Shown: piece after piece, positions 32,001 to 44,046 of the stretch
Layout: every line of letters begins with the position of its first letter
Position numbering within the stretch: position 1 is the stretch's first letter
Assembly (NCBI GenBank): GCA_963702425.1
Contig: CAVPCQ010000017.1
Location: 128,001-192,000 of the forward strand
DNA: 64,000 bases
Reading direction: 5' to 3'
From: an uncultured Acidobacteriota bacterium
GTDB lineage: Bacteria; Acidobacteriota; Polarisedimenticolia; J045
Notes under the pieces: model-generated
Told to the model about the DNA's origin: nothing
What the model saw: the letters and a program-made list of their open reading frames with translations, nothing else
The model's database searches: none
Position numbers and translations under genes: made by a program

Positions 32001-32916
32001 TCTTGTAGGTATTGCTGTTGACGGGATTGTCGGAGTGCCCGTCGGTCCAGTACCCGGTCTGCATGGGGAACTGGAGGATGAAGTTCCGCGCGAGCGTCAT
32101 GGCCTGGGCATAGGCGCTCGTATCGCCCAGCCCCGCCGTGACGAGGCTCTCGAGCAGGTCGTAGCTGCCGATCCAGTTGGCGCCGTACTCCGCCGTGATC
32201 GTGCCGCTGTCCATCTTCACCCGGTAGGGCCAGACCGACTGGGTTGCCGTCCCGACGCGGGCGTTGGCCGCAAGCGCGTCGGCGACATGAATGGCACTCG
32301 TCAGGTATTTCGCATCGCCGGTAAACTGGTACATTCGGAAATAGGCTAATCCCATGTCGCCTGCGTGGTCGACCTGGATCTCATGCAAGGCGAAGGTGGG
32401 AGTGAAACCTTCGAATTCGAGATCGCCGTGTTTGGTGGTCGTGTGCGGGAAGTTGGGCCAGGCGAAAGTGGCCGGGCTGGTGCCGTGGTCGATGGCGTAG
32501 TCCATGAGGTCGCGGACGATCGCCATGACGGCGACGTCACCGGTATAGGCGTAGTAGAGGCGGGCCGACTCGAACCAGTTGGGGATCTTCTCGCCGATGT
32601 CGTTCATCCAGTAGTCCGGAGTGATCTCCGCCTGGGTGGTTACGAAGCCGTCGTAGAAGTAGTACTGCGGGTAGGAGGAGCGCGGTGCCGGCCCCGGCGA
32701 CGGCGGGACACTGGTCTTGATGAAATTCCACCGCCTGTCGAGGAACTCATCGTAGGCGTTGGCCGCCGGCGAGAACCACGGGACGATCTTGCTCTGGGCG
32801 TCAAGCTGAACAGTATGGCCGGCGATGGTATCGGCTGCCGCTCGCATCCCGGTGGCCGCGACGATGAGGACGAATAGCAGCAGGAGAAGCTGTTGCACGG
32901 GCCGCGCCCTGGTCAT
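29029..32916 (-). CDS. Large secreted multidomain glycoside hydrolase: (alpha/alpha)-barrel-like domain, Ig-like domain, beta-sandwich, clan GH-A (GH30-like) domain
   Basis: GGAGG RBS and signal peptide; NLPPTVSLTSP Ig domain; QVIDGFG, PNNEPD acid/base and WMTEF nucleophile motifs, KFVRPGARRI. Confidence 0.82.
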   Translation of the reverse strand: MTRARPVQQLLLLLFVLIVAATGMRAAADTIAGHTVQLDAQSKIVPWFSPAANAYDEFLDRRWNFIKTSVPPSPGPAPRSSYPQYYFYDGFVTTQAEITPDYWMNDIGEKIPNWFESARLYYAYTGDVAVMAIVRDLMDYAIDHGTSPATFAWPNFPHTTTKHGDLEFEGFTPTFALHEIQVDHAGDMGLAYFRMYQFTGDAKYLTSAIHVADALAANARVGTATQSVWPYRVKMDSGTITAEYGANWIGSYDLLESLVTAGLGDTSAYAQAMTLARNFILQFPMQTGYWTDGHSDNPVNSNTYKSNLSKSNTALYMYDHPEFDPDWQTHLPALIQWTEDNFVYRTTGGEPATAYGAAIVGEQDGFLYKMDYQTARYAAECARWYRASGDTAYLEKAYRSLNWVTYCSDSEGRATESPYSPGIATWWSDCYGEAPRMFYHAFAAMPEWAPPREDHILYSRGVLTDVSYGPGEVRYTAQDATDTEYLRLSYLPTEVTLAGSRLPQRTDLASDGWTVRDLGGGDHAVAVHHTRGGQVRLTTDPGNLPPTVSLTSPDAGATFEAPALITLIADATGNAAPVAAVEFLSGGTKIGEDRTVPYSFSWVNVPVGTYTFTARATDDLGLSKTSTPVTVTVSGTGAAAVLGNTDQGTFTDTLWDNGAWINASRFQASADLTATNIFAKVTASTGRYRCAIYSDNGGSADRLLRASVEVTNPADGWQRFALTEPLSVTNGSFYWLAIWSDAADARVYAENGGTLRWGRYNYGSWPDPVALTGAGNSTYSIYATDGNGDPGVTFDGARIGQVIDGFGVNANHRSWNGTELQPVLDALIEQAGMTQFRIVFDNTDWEAINDNADPAVFDWPYYNALYGSSAFTGLWDMTAYLNQRGLTDGVFFNFMGPGPSWMGGGTLGAGMEEEWAESITSLLAYARNTRGLEFRLVAPNNEPDIYNEGIHMDVTPYTASLHALARKLDANGLGDLRFVGPDRAGGGTGYMPEMMADPVIMAKLAHFGVHSYSDNGGGSSGVLDFIRASAYPDRTFWMTEFNVWCPTCDSGTRGNYDWNYCRGTADYLLDHLANGASSGIVWEGYDSFYAHPPATWSFWGLFSVDDENAVPKTYTPRKNFYTVAQITKFVRPGARRIGVDGMTGPFSPLLAFHHAGSNRVTIVGINTGAGAAALQGRLASLPALTSLDLYYTSAAKNLEYAGKVPVSNGTFTATIPADCVFTLTAETFQPEVSVYQSTDPQNVVNPTNRIGVASRSPFVWTPPDGPILYYQLDDGSGYPGGIRVLKSGTELQFVF

Positions 32917-32984
32917 GGTCCGACCTCCTGGTCGCTGGTCGAGCGGCAGACGGCGGACGGAAATTCCGGGCCATGAGAAGACCC

Positions 32985-33080
32985 CGTCTTTCTCGCCAGA
33001 AATCCGTCAGCCTAGCCCTTCAACGAGTTGAGCTCCGATGTAGGATACCCGAATCGCCCGCGGAGGAGCCCGGTTGCCGC
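32985..33080 (+). mobile_element. Left-end remnant of the IS481-like element
   Basis: tctcgccagaaatccgtcagcctagcccttcaacgagttg...cgaatcgcccgcgga aligns with 28160-28250 and 26171-26260. Confidence 0.7.
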
Positions 33081-33099
33081 TGCGGTGCCCCCGCCCACG

Positions 33100-33990
33100 T
33101 CACAGCGTAGGTCCCGGCGACCCCTCCGGCGACGGCCGAACGCTCCGGTACAGTCGCAGGGCCATGCCACCGAGCGTGAGCGCGACGAGGACGACGATCG
33201 CGACCTTCGCTGTCCGATCGGTAGCCGGCGCCACGAACACCGGGCCGTCCAGCGCGATCCAGGCGAGGACGGCGCAGGTGGCGAGGCTCAGCGCCGTCTG
33301 GAGGCGGCGGCGGAAGGCCTCGGTGCAGGCGAAGGCCTCCCTCGCCGCGGGCACCGCGCGGCCGCCGAGCAGGAGGTCCAGGAACCAGCGCGAGTCGACG
33401 AGCACGAGAACCCCGCACACGATGCCGACGAGTCCCAGCACCGGCGCGGTGCGGCTCGCGTCGGCGCGATCGCCCGGGCACGGCTTCCATTCCGCGGTCC
33501 GCGGCCAGCGGCAGCGGGCCCACACGGCCGCGCCGAAGCCCACGACCAGCAGGCCGGGCCACCACAGCGCTGGGATCACGGTGGCGCCCCACCAGTCGCC
33601 GAGAGCCCGCAGCAATTCGGGCACGGAAGCGCGCAGGAAGGCGCGGCCGTCCGCGGGATCGATGATCGTCAGCACCGGGCGTTAGCGCGCGGCGACCTCC
33701 GCGGGACGGCCGAAGCCGTGCAACAGCTCGGTGGCCAGCGCCGGGTCGGCGTCGCGTCCCGCAGCCTCGGCCCGGGCCTGCAGCTCTTCGCGCAGCGGCA
33801 CGCGCAACTCGAACGCTACGTCGTTGCGCTGCGCGCGTGGCCGGCGGAGGGCGACGTCGGTGACGTGGGCTTCGATCAGGTCGTTGGTGGTCATCGTCCG
33901 TCTTCCCTCAGAAGGCGGGCCATGGCGTCGTTCAGGCCCTGCCACGACTCGGTGAGCTTTCGGAGCAGCTTCCGGCCGCTGGCGCTCTGG
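33100..33990 (-). pseudogene. PadR regulator 3' remnant plus its associated membrane protein gene (in-frame stop at 33682)
   Basis: GRKLLRKLTESWQGLNDAM is PadR C-terminus-like; MTTNDLIEAHV..DVAFEL..FGRPAEVAAR is HAAS-like; TM segments follow. Confidence 0.6.
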
Positions 33991-34024
33991 GTGCAGTTGT
34001 CGCGCACAGCATGTCAAGCGCCGT

Positions 34025-34300
34025 TGCGCTTCGCCATGGCCGCATCCACGCGTCCGCATGACTGATGCCTCGGTAGGTGCCGGGGCAAGAGCGTTGGTGG
34101 AGCGCACTCGCGATGGCATCCGCGACGGTCGCGCCCAACGGCTGGTAGAAACGGCGGCGGAGAGCTCGACAGCAGGGCACACGCGCTCGGCGACGACGCG
34201 GTGGTTGCGGCAGTTTGGTCGAGCGAGAGCATTACGCTGCGGGACGCCAGCCGTTCCGGTGGGAAAGTCCGCCAAGGCGAGGTCGAGCGAAGGCCTCGCG
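34025..34300 (-). mobile_element. Right-end remnant of the IS481-like element
   Basis: ARPRLGGLSHRNGWRPAA* and the shared terminal block gaggcatcagtcatgcggacgcgtgga. Confidence 0.7.
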
Positions 34301-34379
34301 GTGGTGGCTGAGGTCCGTTCGCCAGCGCTGACCCGCCTCTGGATCGACTGGACGCCGGGTCACACCCCGTGATGCGCCG

Positions 34380-36260
34380 CTACGGGCAAGCACCTCCCGG
34401 TGCAGGACTCGGTCGCTCATGTCCGTCGCTGTCGGTGCCGAACGACCCGTCACCGGCACCGTTTCGCCCGACCACGACGAAGCCGCACTGATCCGGAAGC
34501 TCCGGCAGGACGGCCGAGGTGCCGGTCCCGAGCACGGCCTCGCACTCTGGCTGCGAGCCGCCGCCAAGCGTGCCGAGATCGACGCGGTAGAGGTAGTACG
34601 CGCTGACCGCACCCCCGCTGATCGGCACGGACCAGGCCAACTCGAAGTCTCCGGAGACCCCACGGATCGTGAAGGGTGCTCCCGCGGCCATCGGATCGGA
34701 GGGCTCTCCCGGCGGTGCCAGGGCGAACACGTCCATCTTCGTGTAGTCGTTGGTGACCTGGTAGCCCGCGCTCAGGATGTTGTTCATCGAGCGGTCCAGG
34801 TAGAGGCGGAACGCGCTCGACGAATTGTCCGGGGCGGCGCTCGGGCTCGGCCAGGGGGGCGAGTAGCCGTTCGAAACGAAGCCGGGGATGAGGATGTTCT
34901 TCACGCTCCAGCGGTCGAGGGCGACGGGGTCCGTGCTGGCGACCAGCTCGTCGCGCCGGGTGGCGCCTGCGTACGTCGTAGCGGGCCCCGAGTACGGGTT
35001 GGCGTTGATCCAGATCGCGTCCAGGATGTTCAGATCCGCCGGTCGGACCTCGCCGATCACCGCGCCGAGGAGCCCGTAGCCGATCCCGAGGTGCGAGTTG
35101 GTGCTCAGGCTGTCGGTGACGACGCCCATGTAGTGCTTCACAGCCGCCGTCGCGCCGTAGGTCGAGTGGTGGGACTTCAAGACCGGCACGTTGATGAACT
35201 TCAGGTGGGAGCGGTCGTATAGGCCGGTGGCTTCATTCCAGAGACCGCGCTTCAGGCTGATCGGCGTGCCGTAGCTGGTCCGGAACTTGGGGTAGGAGGT
35301 TCGGCCGGAGTAGCCAGGATCGTAGGGTCCGACGACGTAGCCGCTGCGCAGGTCCCCGGTGTCGTACTCGGTGACCTGCGTCAGGCGAGTGCTGGTCCAG
35401 TCGAGGTGCGAGACACGGTATCCCTGCCCTTGGAAGTGAACGACCACGTCGTGCGGCGACTGGTGGCGGTCCTGGGCGTTGTTGGCCGCGCGATCGAAGC
35501 TGTCGATCGAGTTGAACTGCGAATTCTCGGCGACAACGACCTCGCCCGTGAAATCGTCGGGGTGATCGAGAATCCTCCGGATCAGCCCGCGCAGCACGTC
35601 GGTGTTCGTGCCCCCGCGTTCCGGCCACTGGTAGTTGATCTTGATCACCACCGTGTCGTCGGCCGCGACGATCCCGTCCGGACCCGCCGTCAGGGATGTC
35701 GTGGAGGACCTGTAGAACTTCGTCCCCTGGGCCCCCATGGTCGTGAGCAGCTCGTCGAGGCCCGGAAAGTAATCGCCGACGGGGTCCGGCGCGCAGTTGG
35801 TCTCGTGGAACAACTTCGCGCGGTACTCCGCGGCGGGTGCCAGCAGCGGTCCCGGATCAGGGGCCACCACCGGCTCCGGCCTCGCTGTGGCATCGGAGAT
35901 GTTCTCGCGGACGCCGATGGTCAACGCGAGGCCGAGCACCGCGAGCGCAACGGTCCTCACCAGCGAGATGCGCGGGTCCAGCCAGCGACGAATGCCCACG
36001 ACCGCCGCGACCAGCGGCACGCCGAAGGCGAGCGATGCGGCGGAGAACGCGGCCTGCTGGCAGGGGTATACGAGCCGGCTCGGCTTGCTGCCGCTGCGCA
36101 ATACCAGCCACGCGAGGGCGGCGAGACCGGCGAGGAACGGGCTGGCAGTGAGCGCTTTTTTCCAGCGGCGTTGCGGCAGTTTCCCGCGTCTTGGATCGTG
36201 CGCGGAAGTGCTGTGGCCAGGATACGGATCACCGTGGGGATGCATGGGGCTTCCCTCCAC
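34380..36260 (-). CDS. DUF362 domain protein with N-terminal TM segments and FN3-like Cys-Pro terminal domain
   Basis: DTVVIKIN, INVPVLKSH, GATAAVKHYMG, ASTDPVALD; ends VVGRNGAGDGSFGTDSDGHERP...CP. Confidence 0.8.
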   Translation of the reverse strand: MEGSPMHPHGDPYPGHSTSAHDPRRGKLPQRRWKKALTASPFLAGLAALAWLVLRSGSKPSRLVYPCQQAAFSAASLAFGVPLVAAVVGIRRWLDPRISLVRTVALAVLGLALTIGVRENISDATARPEPVVAPDPGPLLAPAAEYRAKLFHETNCAPDPVGDYFPGLDELLTTMGAQGTKFYRSSTTSLTAGPDGIVAADDTVVIKINYQWPERGGTNTDVLRGLIRRILDHPDDFTGEVVVAENSQFNSIDSFDRAANNAQDRHQSPHDVVVHFQGQGYRVSHLDWTSTRLTQVTEYDTGDLRSGYVVGPYDPGYSGRTSYPKFRTSYGTPISLKRGLWNEATGLYDRSHLKFINVPVLKSHHSTYGATAAVKHYMGVVTDSLSTNSHLGIGYGLLGAVIGEVRPADLNILDAIWINANPYSGPATTYAGATRRDELVASTDPVALDRWSVKNILIPGFVSNGYSPPWPSPSAAPDNSSSAFRLYLDRSMNNILSAGYQVTNDYTKMDVFALAPPGEPSDPMAAGAPFTIRGVSGDFELAWSVPISGGAVSAYYLYRVDLGTLGGGSQPECEAVLGTGTSAVLPELPDQCGFVVVGRNGAGDGSFGTDSDGHERPSPAPGGACP

Positions 36261-36483
36261 CTGCTGACCCGGACACGAACGCTCGTGTGACGAGTGATCC
36301 TACACCCGGAACAACCACCAGTAGCCTGCCCCCCGTAGCCCGGCGAAGGGGGCCTGCGGGTCAGGGTCAACCCGTTGAAGCGCCTTGGGACGAACGACGC
36401 CTTGCCGCAGCGGTCAGGATCCACGGGAGGCCCGCTTCCGGGGTAGCATCGCGCCGCGGGCCAGGACTTGAGGAGTCGGGAGG

Positions 36484-39138
<2,655 letters not shown>

Positions 39139-39173
39139 GGTTACGCCAGGTCCTGCGGATCAGCGGATCGGGC

Positions 39174-39460
39174 TGTGCTTCGCCGGAATCGACGCCGTAC
39201 GTTCCGGACGACTCACGCAGCGCGGCGCCAGCCGTCGCGATGATGAAGCTCCCCGAGGCGAGGAAGTGCGATCACCGATGCAGCGCGCAGCGAGCCGGGC
39301 CGGAAGGCGCCGCAGCTGTTTCTGGTCGAGGACGATCACGTGGCCGAGGAGATCGCGTCTCACGGCGCTCACGAACCTCTCGACGACTCCGTTCTGCCAG
39401 GGACTGCGCCCGGTGATCAGCTTTGGTCCGATGCCCGGGCGCCGGACTGCCGGGGTCGAG
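39174..39460 (-). mobile_element. Right-end remnant of the IS481-like element with integrase-core segment
   Basis: SPWQNGVVERFVSAVRRDLLGHVIV; end CCGGCGAAGCACA. Confidence 0.75.
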
Positions 39461-39573
39461 GCGAGGCGCAGGTCAAGAGCCTCCGCGGGCCTCGTGTCGC
39501 AGTAGCATGGAGTCGCCAGCAGGATGTCGAAGGGAAGCGCGGACCGGGTAACAGCGAGCCAAAGGGAGCCGTC

Positions 39574-40608
39574 GTGAGCGATCCACGGCAGGTCGTCATG
39601 CGGAACGGGCGGATCGTCAGCACCTCCATCGGTGTGCTGGCTGCGCGTCACTGCAACCTGTCGTGCCGGGCATGCGTCACGCTGTCGCCCACCCTGCCGC
39701 CTTCGTTCGCCGATCCGGACGAGGTCTTCCGCGATCTCGGGACGCTCGGACGGTTTTACCATGCCCGTGCCGCGCGGGTCCGGGGCGGCGAGCCGCTGCT
39801 CCACCCGGCGCTCGGTGAAGTTCTTGCCGCGGTCCGGCGCTCGGGCGTCGCGGACAGGATCGCCGTCGTGACCAATGGTGTCCTGCTGTCGCAGATGCCC
39901 GGGTCCTTCTGGGAAGCCGTGGACGAGGTCCGGGTCTCCGCGTTCCCGCAGCCTGCGTTCGATCGAAAGCGGCTCGACGATTGGCGGGAAAGAGCGTGCG
40001 GCAACGGCGTCGACCTGATCGTCCTGCACGTCGACCGGTTCCGCGAGACGTATGCCGAGGCGGGTACCAGCGACGAGCGCCTGGTGCGGCGCCTGTACGC
40101 GACATGCGAGGACGCCCACGTCCTCCGCTGCCACGGCGTCAGCGGCGGGATCTTCTACAAGTGCGACCAGGGCTGGGCGATCGCGGCCGCGCGCAACACC
40201 GATGATGCCGCGGGCCGGCAGATGAACGGCGTCGAGATCTCCGATGCCCCGGCCTTCGCCGAGCGGCTGCTCGCGTACCTCGAGTCCTGCGATCCGCTTC
40301 CGGCGTGCCGGTTCTGCCTCGGCAGCGCGGGAAGACTCTTCTCGCACGAGCTGGTTCCGCGGGCGCGCTGGACCGCGCACCAGTCGCACTCGACCGAGCA
40401 GCTCCTGGATCCCGAACACCTGTCGCGTCTCGAACGCGGGCACTCGGGAGCCTACCTCCGCTGCGTGCGGGAAGTGACGTTGGAGGCCTTCCACGGGCAC
40501 AGCAGCCGCCTGCTGCGGCTTGCCGTGGGCCTCCTTTCACGGCGCCCGGTCCGTGGGTTGCTGTCGCGACAACTGGAGGACGCGATCCGAAGCTATCGGG
40601 ATCCGTGA
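39574..40608 (+). CDS. Radical SAM protein
   Basis: CNLSCRAC, GGEPLLHP, VTNG; C-terminal C..IFYKC and CRFC; GTG start after AAGGGAG. Confidence 0.88.
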   Translation: MSDPRQVVMRNGRIVSTSIGVLAARHCNLSCRACVTLSPTLPPSFADPDEVFRDLGTLGRFYHARAARVRGGEPLLHPALGEVLAAVRRSGVADRIAVVTNGVLLSQMPGSFWEAVDEVRVSAFPQPAFDRKRLDDWRERACGNGVDLIVLHVDRFRETYAEAGTSDERLVRRLYATCEDAHVLRCHGVSGGIFYKCDQGWAIAAARNTDDAAGRQMNGVEISDAPAFAERLLAYLESCDPLPACRFCLGSAGRLFSHELVPRARWTAHQSHSTEQLLDPEHLSRLERGHSGAYLRCVREVTLEAFHGHSSRLLRLAVGLLSRRPVRGLLSRQLEDAIRSYRDP

Positions 40609-40805
40609 CAGCCGGTTGCCCCGCGCCACGACGCCCTCCGACTGGCTGTCCGGCCGGCTGCAGGGGTGCCCCTCGTCATGCGTCCCGCAGACTCGCCGAG
40701 GAAGCGGCCGCAGCCCTCGCGGGGGCAGGACCGGCGAATTCCGCTCCGGCGTGGGTTTTTCCGGAGTCCGGCGTACCTTTCCGACAGCTCGCGAGAGGGT
40801 CCCCC

Positions 40806-43800
40806 ATGTTCTGGATGGCAAGGCTCGTCCTGATCCCGATGCTCGTTTGCACCGCCTCCGTCTCCGTCTGCGCCGCCGGAGATGCGGCAGCAGACCTCCC
40901 TTCCAATCTTCACTGGTGGGTCGTCCAGCACACCGAGAACGGCCAGAAGGCCGACTTCTTCGTCGTCCTCAGGGGACAGCCGGACGTCTCCGCTGCTCGC
41001 GCGCTCTCCGACAAGCGGGACAAGGGGCGCTTCGTGTTCTCCGCCCTCACGCAGGCCGCGGAGGCGACGCAGGGCCCCCTGCGCGCGTGGCTCGATGCAC
41101 GCGGGGTCAGGTACCAGACGTTCTGGATCGTGAACGCCATCCTGATCCAGGGCGGTGACCGCGCGCTGGCGGTCGAGGCCGCGCGCCGGCCGGAGGTGGC
41201 TCGCGTCGAAGGCAATCCGGTCATCCAGAATGTTCTCCCCCGGCCGGGAGCGATCGAGGACCTGGGCGGCTCCGTGCCGCTCGCGCCCCCGGAGCCCGAC
41301 GGGGCACCCGATTCGGTCGAGTGGGGCATCTCCAAGGTGAACGCACCCGCGGTGTGGAACCTGGGATTCCGCGGCGAGGGGGTCGTCGTCGGCGGCCAGG
41401 ACACGGGATACCGCTGGACCCACAACGCGCTGAAGAGCAAGTACCGTGGCTGGAACGGTACGACCGCCGACCACGACTACAACTGGCACGACGCGATTCA
41501 CGCGGGCGGAAGCAGCTGCGGCGCCGATTCTCCGGTCCCCTGCGACGACTACGGCCACGGCACCCATACGATGGGGACAGTGCTCGGCGATGACGGCGGC
41601 TCGAACCAGGTGGGCATGGCGCCCCAGGCGAAGTGGATCGGGTGCCGCAACATGGACGGGGGCGCAGGTACCCCCGCCACCTACCTCGAGTGCTTCCAGT
41701 TCTTCCTGGCGCCCACCCGTCTCGACGGCTCGGATCCCGATCCGACGAAGGCGCCCGACGTGACCAACAACTCGTGGGCCTGCCCCGTGTCCGAGGGCTG
41801 CTCGTGGGACACGCTGCAGGCGGCCGTCGACAACCAGGAGGCCGCCGGCATCATGACCGTCGCTTCCGCGGGCAATTCGGGATCGAGCTGCAATACCGTC
41901 ACCGATCCGCCCGCGCTCTATCTCTCGGCCTACACGGTGGGATCCACCACCAGCTCGGATTCCATGTCGTACTTCAGCAGCCGGGGCTACGCGACCGGGA
42001 CCGGCGCGATGAAGCCCGAGATCGTCGCCCCGGGCTCGGGCGTGCGTTCGTCGTACTACACGAGCGATTCGGCGTACACCACGATGGACGGAACCAGCAT
42101 GGCCAGTCCTCACGTGGCGGGCGCGGTGGCGCTGCTCTGGTCGGCGCACTCCTGCTTCCAGAACCGCCAGGACGACACGCAGACCGCCCTCAGCGCGGCG
42201 GCCCTCGACCTCCCCGGCATCGTGGAGGGCTGCGGCGGCGATTACGCCGCGGGCCCGAACAACACGTGGGGCAACGGACGCCTCGACATCCTCTCGGCCG
42301 TGAACGCCGGCTGCCTGTGCACCGTGCCGGGAGTTCCCGCGGTCGATGCGGCCACGGTGCCCGGAGACAACCAGATCACGGTGAGCTGGACTCCGGGGTC
42401 GCCAGCCGGCGATAGCTACCGGATCTACCGCTCCGCGGGCGCCTGCCCCGGAGGCGCCTTCACGCTGGTACGGTCCGACCAGGCCGCTTCCCCGTGGACG
42501 GACACCAGCGTCAGCGGTGGAATCACGTACGCCTACAAGGTCGCGGCGCTCGACGCGACGGGCGGCTGCCAGTCCGCGCCGTCCGGGTGCGTCTCGGCCA
42601 CCGCGACGGGACCGTGCACGCTGGCGCCCGCCTTCGCGGGGCTGTCGTCCGTCACGAACCCGGCGCAGTCGACCTGCGCCCAGAGCCTGTCGTGGACCGC
42701 GGCGACGCCGAGTTGTTCAGGGCCGGTACGTTACAGGATCTACCGGTCCACGACGAGCCCCGTCGCGCTCGTGCCGGCGAACGTGGTCGCTTCCGGCGTC
42801 GACGGCACGACCTACCTGGACGCCGCGGGCCTGGTCAGCGGGACGGTCTATTACTACATCGTCCGGGCCTTCGACCTGTCGAACGGCGCCGAGGACACGA
42901 ACGTCGTGGAACTGGCCGGGTCGCCGACCGGCCCCATTTCGACGCAGACACTGACCGAGACGTTCGAGGGAGTGGGCGGATTCGACCTGCCCGGATGGAG
43001 CACGGCCGCCCTGAGCGGCTCGGTGAACTGGACGCGGTCCGACACCTACGCGCAGTCTCCCACCCACTCGTGGTACGCACGGGACGTCGGCAGCGCCGGG
43101 GACAAGGTGCTCGTCAGCCCCGCCTTCGGGGCCCAGGCGAACAGCGGGCTGTCCTTCTACCACGGCTTCCGGTTCGAAGGTACGCCGACGTCGTGCAAGG
43201 ACGGCGGCACGCTGGAGTATGCGCTCGGACCCGGGTTCTCCACCTGGAGCGTCGTGCCGGCGGCGTGGTTCACCGCCAACGGCTTCGACGGCACGGTGAG
43301 CTCGTGCTGCGACAATCCGCTGGCCGGCAAGCGCGCGTGGTGCGTGTCGAACGGCTCCGCGCAGCCGGTGACGCTCGGCTTGGGCGCGCTCGACGGAAAG
43401 TCGGTCAAGCTGCGCTGGCACGAGGGCGAGGACAGCAGCGGTTCGTCGACCGGCTGGTACGTGGATACGGTCGTCTTCAGCAATGCCGCCGTGGGCGCCG
43501 CGTGCGCCACCGGAAGCGCTCCACCGCCTCCCGTCGCGGAGAGCGCGCTCTTCACGCGCTCCGCGGGGAGCATGCTGAACGTGACGTACGACGCCGCGAC
43601 GTGCAATGCGCAGAAGGTAGTCATCCTGTACAACGCGCTCGGCGCGTGGAGCGGCTACTCCGGCTGCGCCCAGTCCGACGGAGGGAACAGCGGCACCGCG
43701 ATGGTGGACAGCGCGGGTCAGGTCAACGTCTGGTACAACCTGGTCTGGACGAACGGAGGCACGGCGGGGCATCCCGGTTTCGCGTCGAGCGGCGCCCGGA

Positions 43801-43865
43801 CGTGGAACGTGGGGACGCTCTGCGGCATGAGCGCGGACGACCACGGCAGGGCCGCCTGTCCGTGA
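40806..43865 (+). CDS. Secreted S8 (subtilisin / bacillopeptidase F-like) protease with FN3 domains and Cys-Pro terminal domain
   Basis: DTG, HGTHTMG, GTSMASPHVAG catalytic triad; two FN3-like repeats. Confidence 0.93.
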   Translation: MFWMARLVLIPMLVCTASVSVCAAGDAAADLPSNLHWWVVQHTENGQKADFFVVLRGQPDVSAARALSDKRDKGRFVFSALTQAAEATQGPLRAWLDARGVRYQTFWIVNAILIQGGDRALAVEAARRPEVARVEGNPVIQNVLPRPGAIEDLGGSVPLAPPEPDGAPDSVEWGISKVNAPAVWNLGFRGEGVVVGGQDTGYRWTHNALKSKYRGWNGTTADHDYNWHDAIHAGGSSCGADSPVPCDDYGHGTHTMGTVLGDDGGSNQVGMAPQAKWIGCRNMDGGAGTPATYLECFQFFLAPTRLDGSDPDPTKAPDVTNNSWACPVSEGCSWDTLQAAVDNQEAAGIMTVASAGNSGSSCNTVTDPPALYLSAYTVGSTTSSDSMSYFSSRGYATGTGAMKPEIVAPGSGVRSSYYTSDSAYTTMDGTSMASPHVAGAVALLWSAHSCFQNRQDDTQTALSAAALDLPGIVEGCGGDYAAGPNNTWGNGRLDILSAVNAGCLCTVPGVPAVDAATVPGDNQITVSWTPGSPAGDSYRIYRSAGACPGGAFTLVRSDQAASPWTDTSVSGGITYAYKVAALDATGGCQSAPSGCVSATATGPCTLAPAFAGLSSVTNPAQSTCAQSLSWTAATPSCSGPVRYRIYRSTTSPVALVPANVVASGVDGTTYLDAAGLVSGTVYYYIVRAFDLSNGAEDTNVVELAGSPTGPISTQTLTETFEGVGGFDLPGWSTAALSGSVNWTRSDTYAQSPTHSWYARDVGSAGDKVLVSPAFGAQANSGLSFYHGFRFEGTPTSCKDGGTLEYALGPGFSTWSVVPAAWFTANGFDGTVSSCCDNPLAGKRAWCVSNGSAQPVTLGLGALDGKSVKLRWHEGEDSSGSSTGWYVDTVVFSNAAVGAACATGSAPPPPVAESALFTRSAGSMLNVTYDAATCNAQKVVILYNALGAWSGYSGCAQSDGGNSGTAMVDSAGQVNVWYNLVWTNGGTAGHPGFASSGARTWNVGTLCGMSADDHGRAACP

Positions 43866-44046
43866 ACCGAACGTGATGGGGACTGACGGGCCGAAGCGCG
43901 CCCGGACCTCGAGCGCACGGCCCACCGACCCGCCCCGCGTTTGAGTGAGGACCAGGATCCGCGTCAAATCGGTGACCAGGGACATCGAGATTCGGAACCC
44001 CGACGCGATGGCGGGCGCCATCGTGCGGGGTCCGTATACTCGCCCG

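Noticed and set aside
36325-36352. REP-like hairpin gccccccgtagcccggcgaagggggc
   Set aside because: Single copy in the window; cannot be supported as a repeat family
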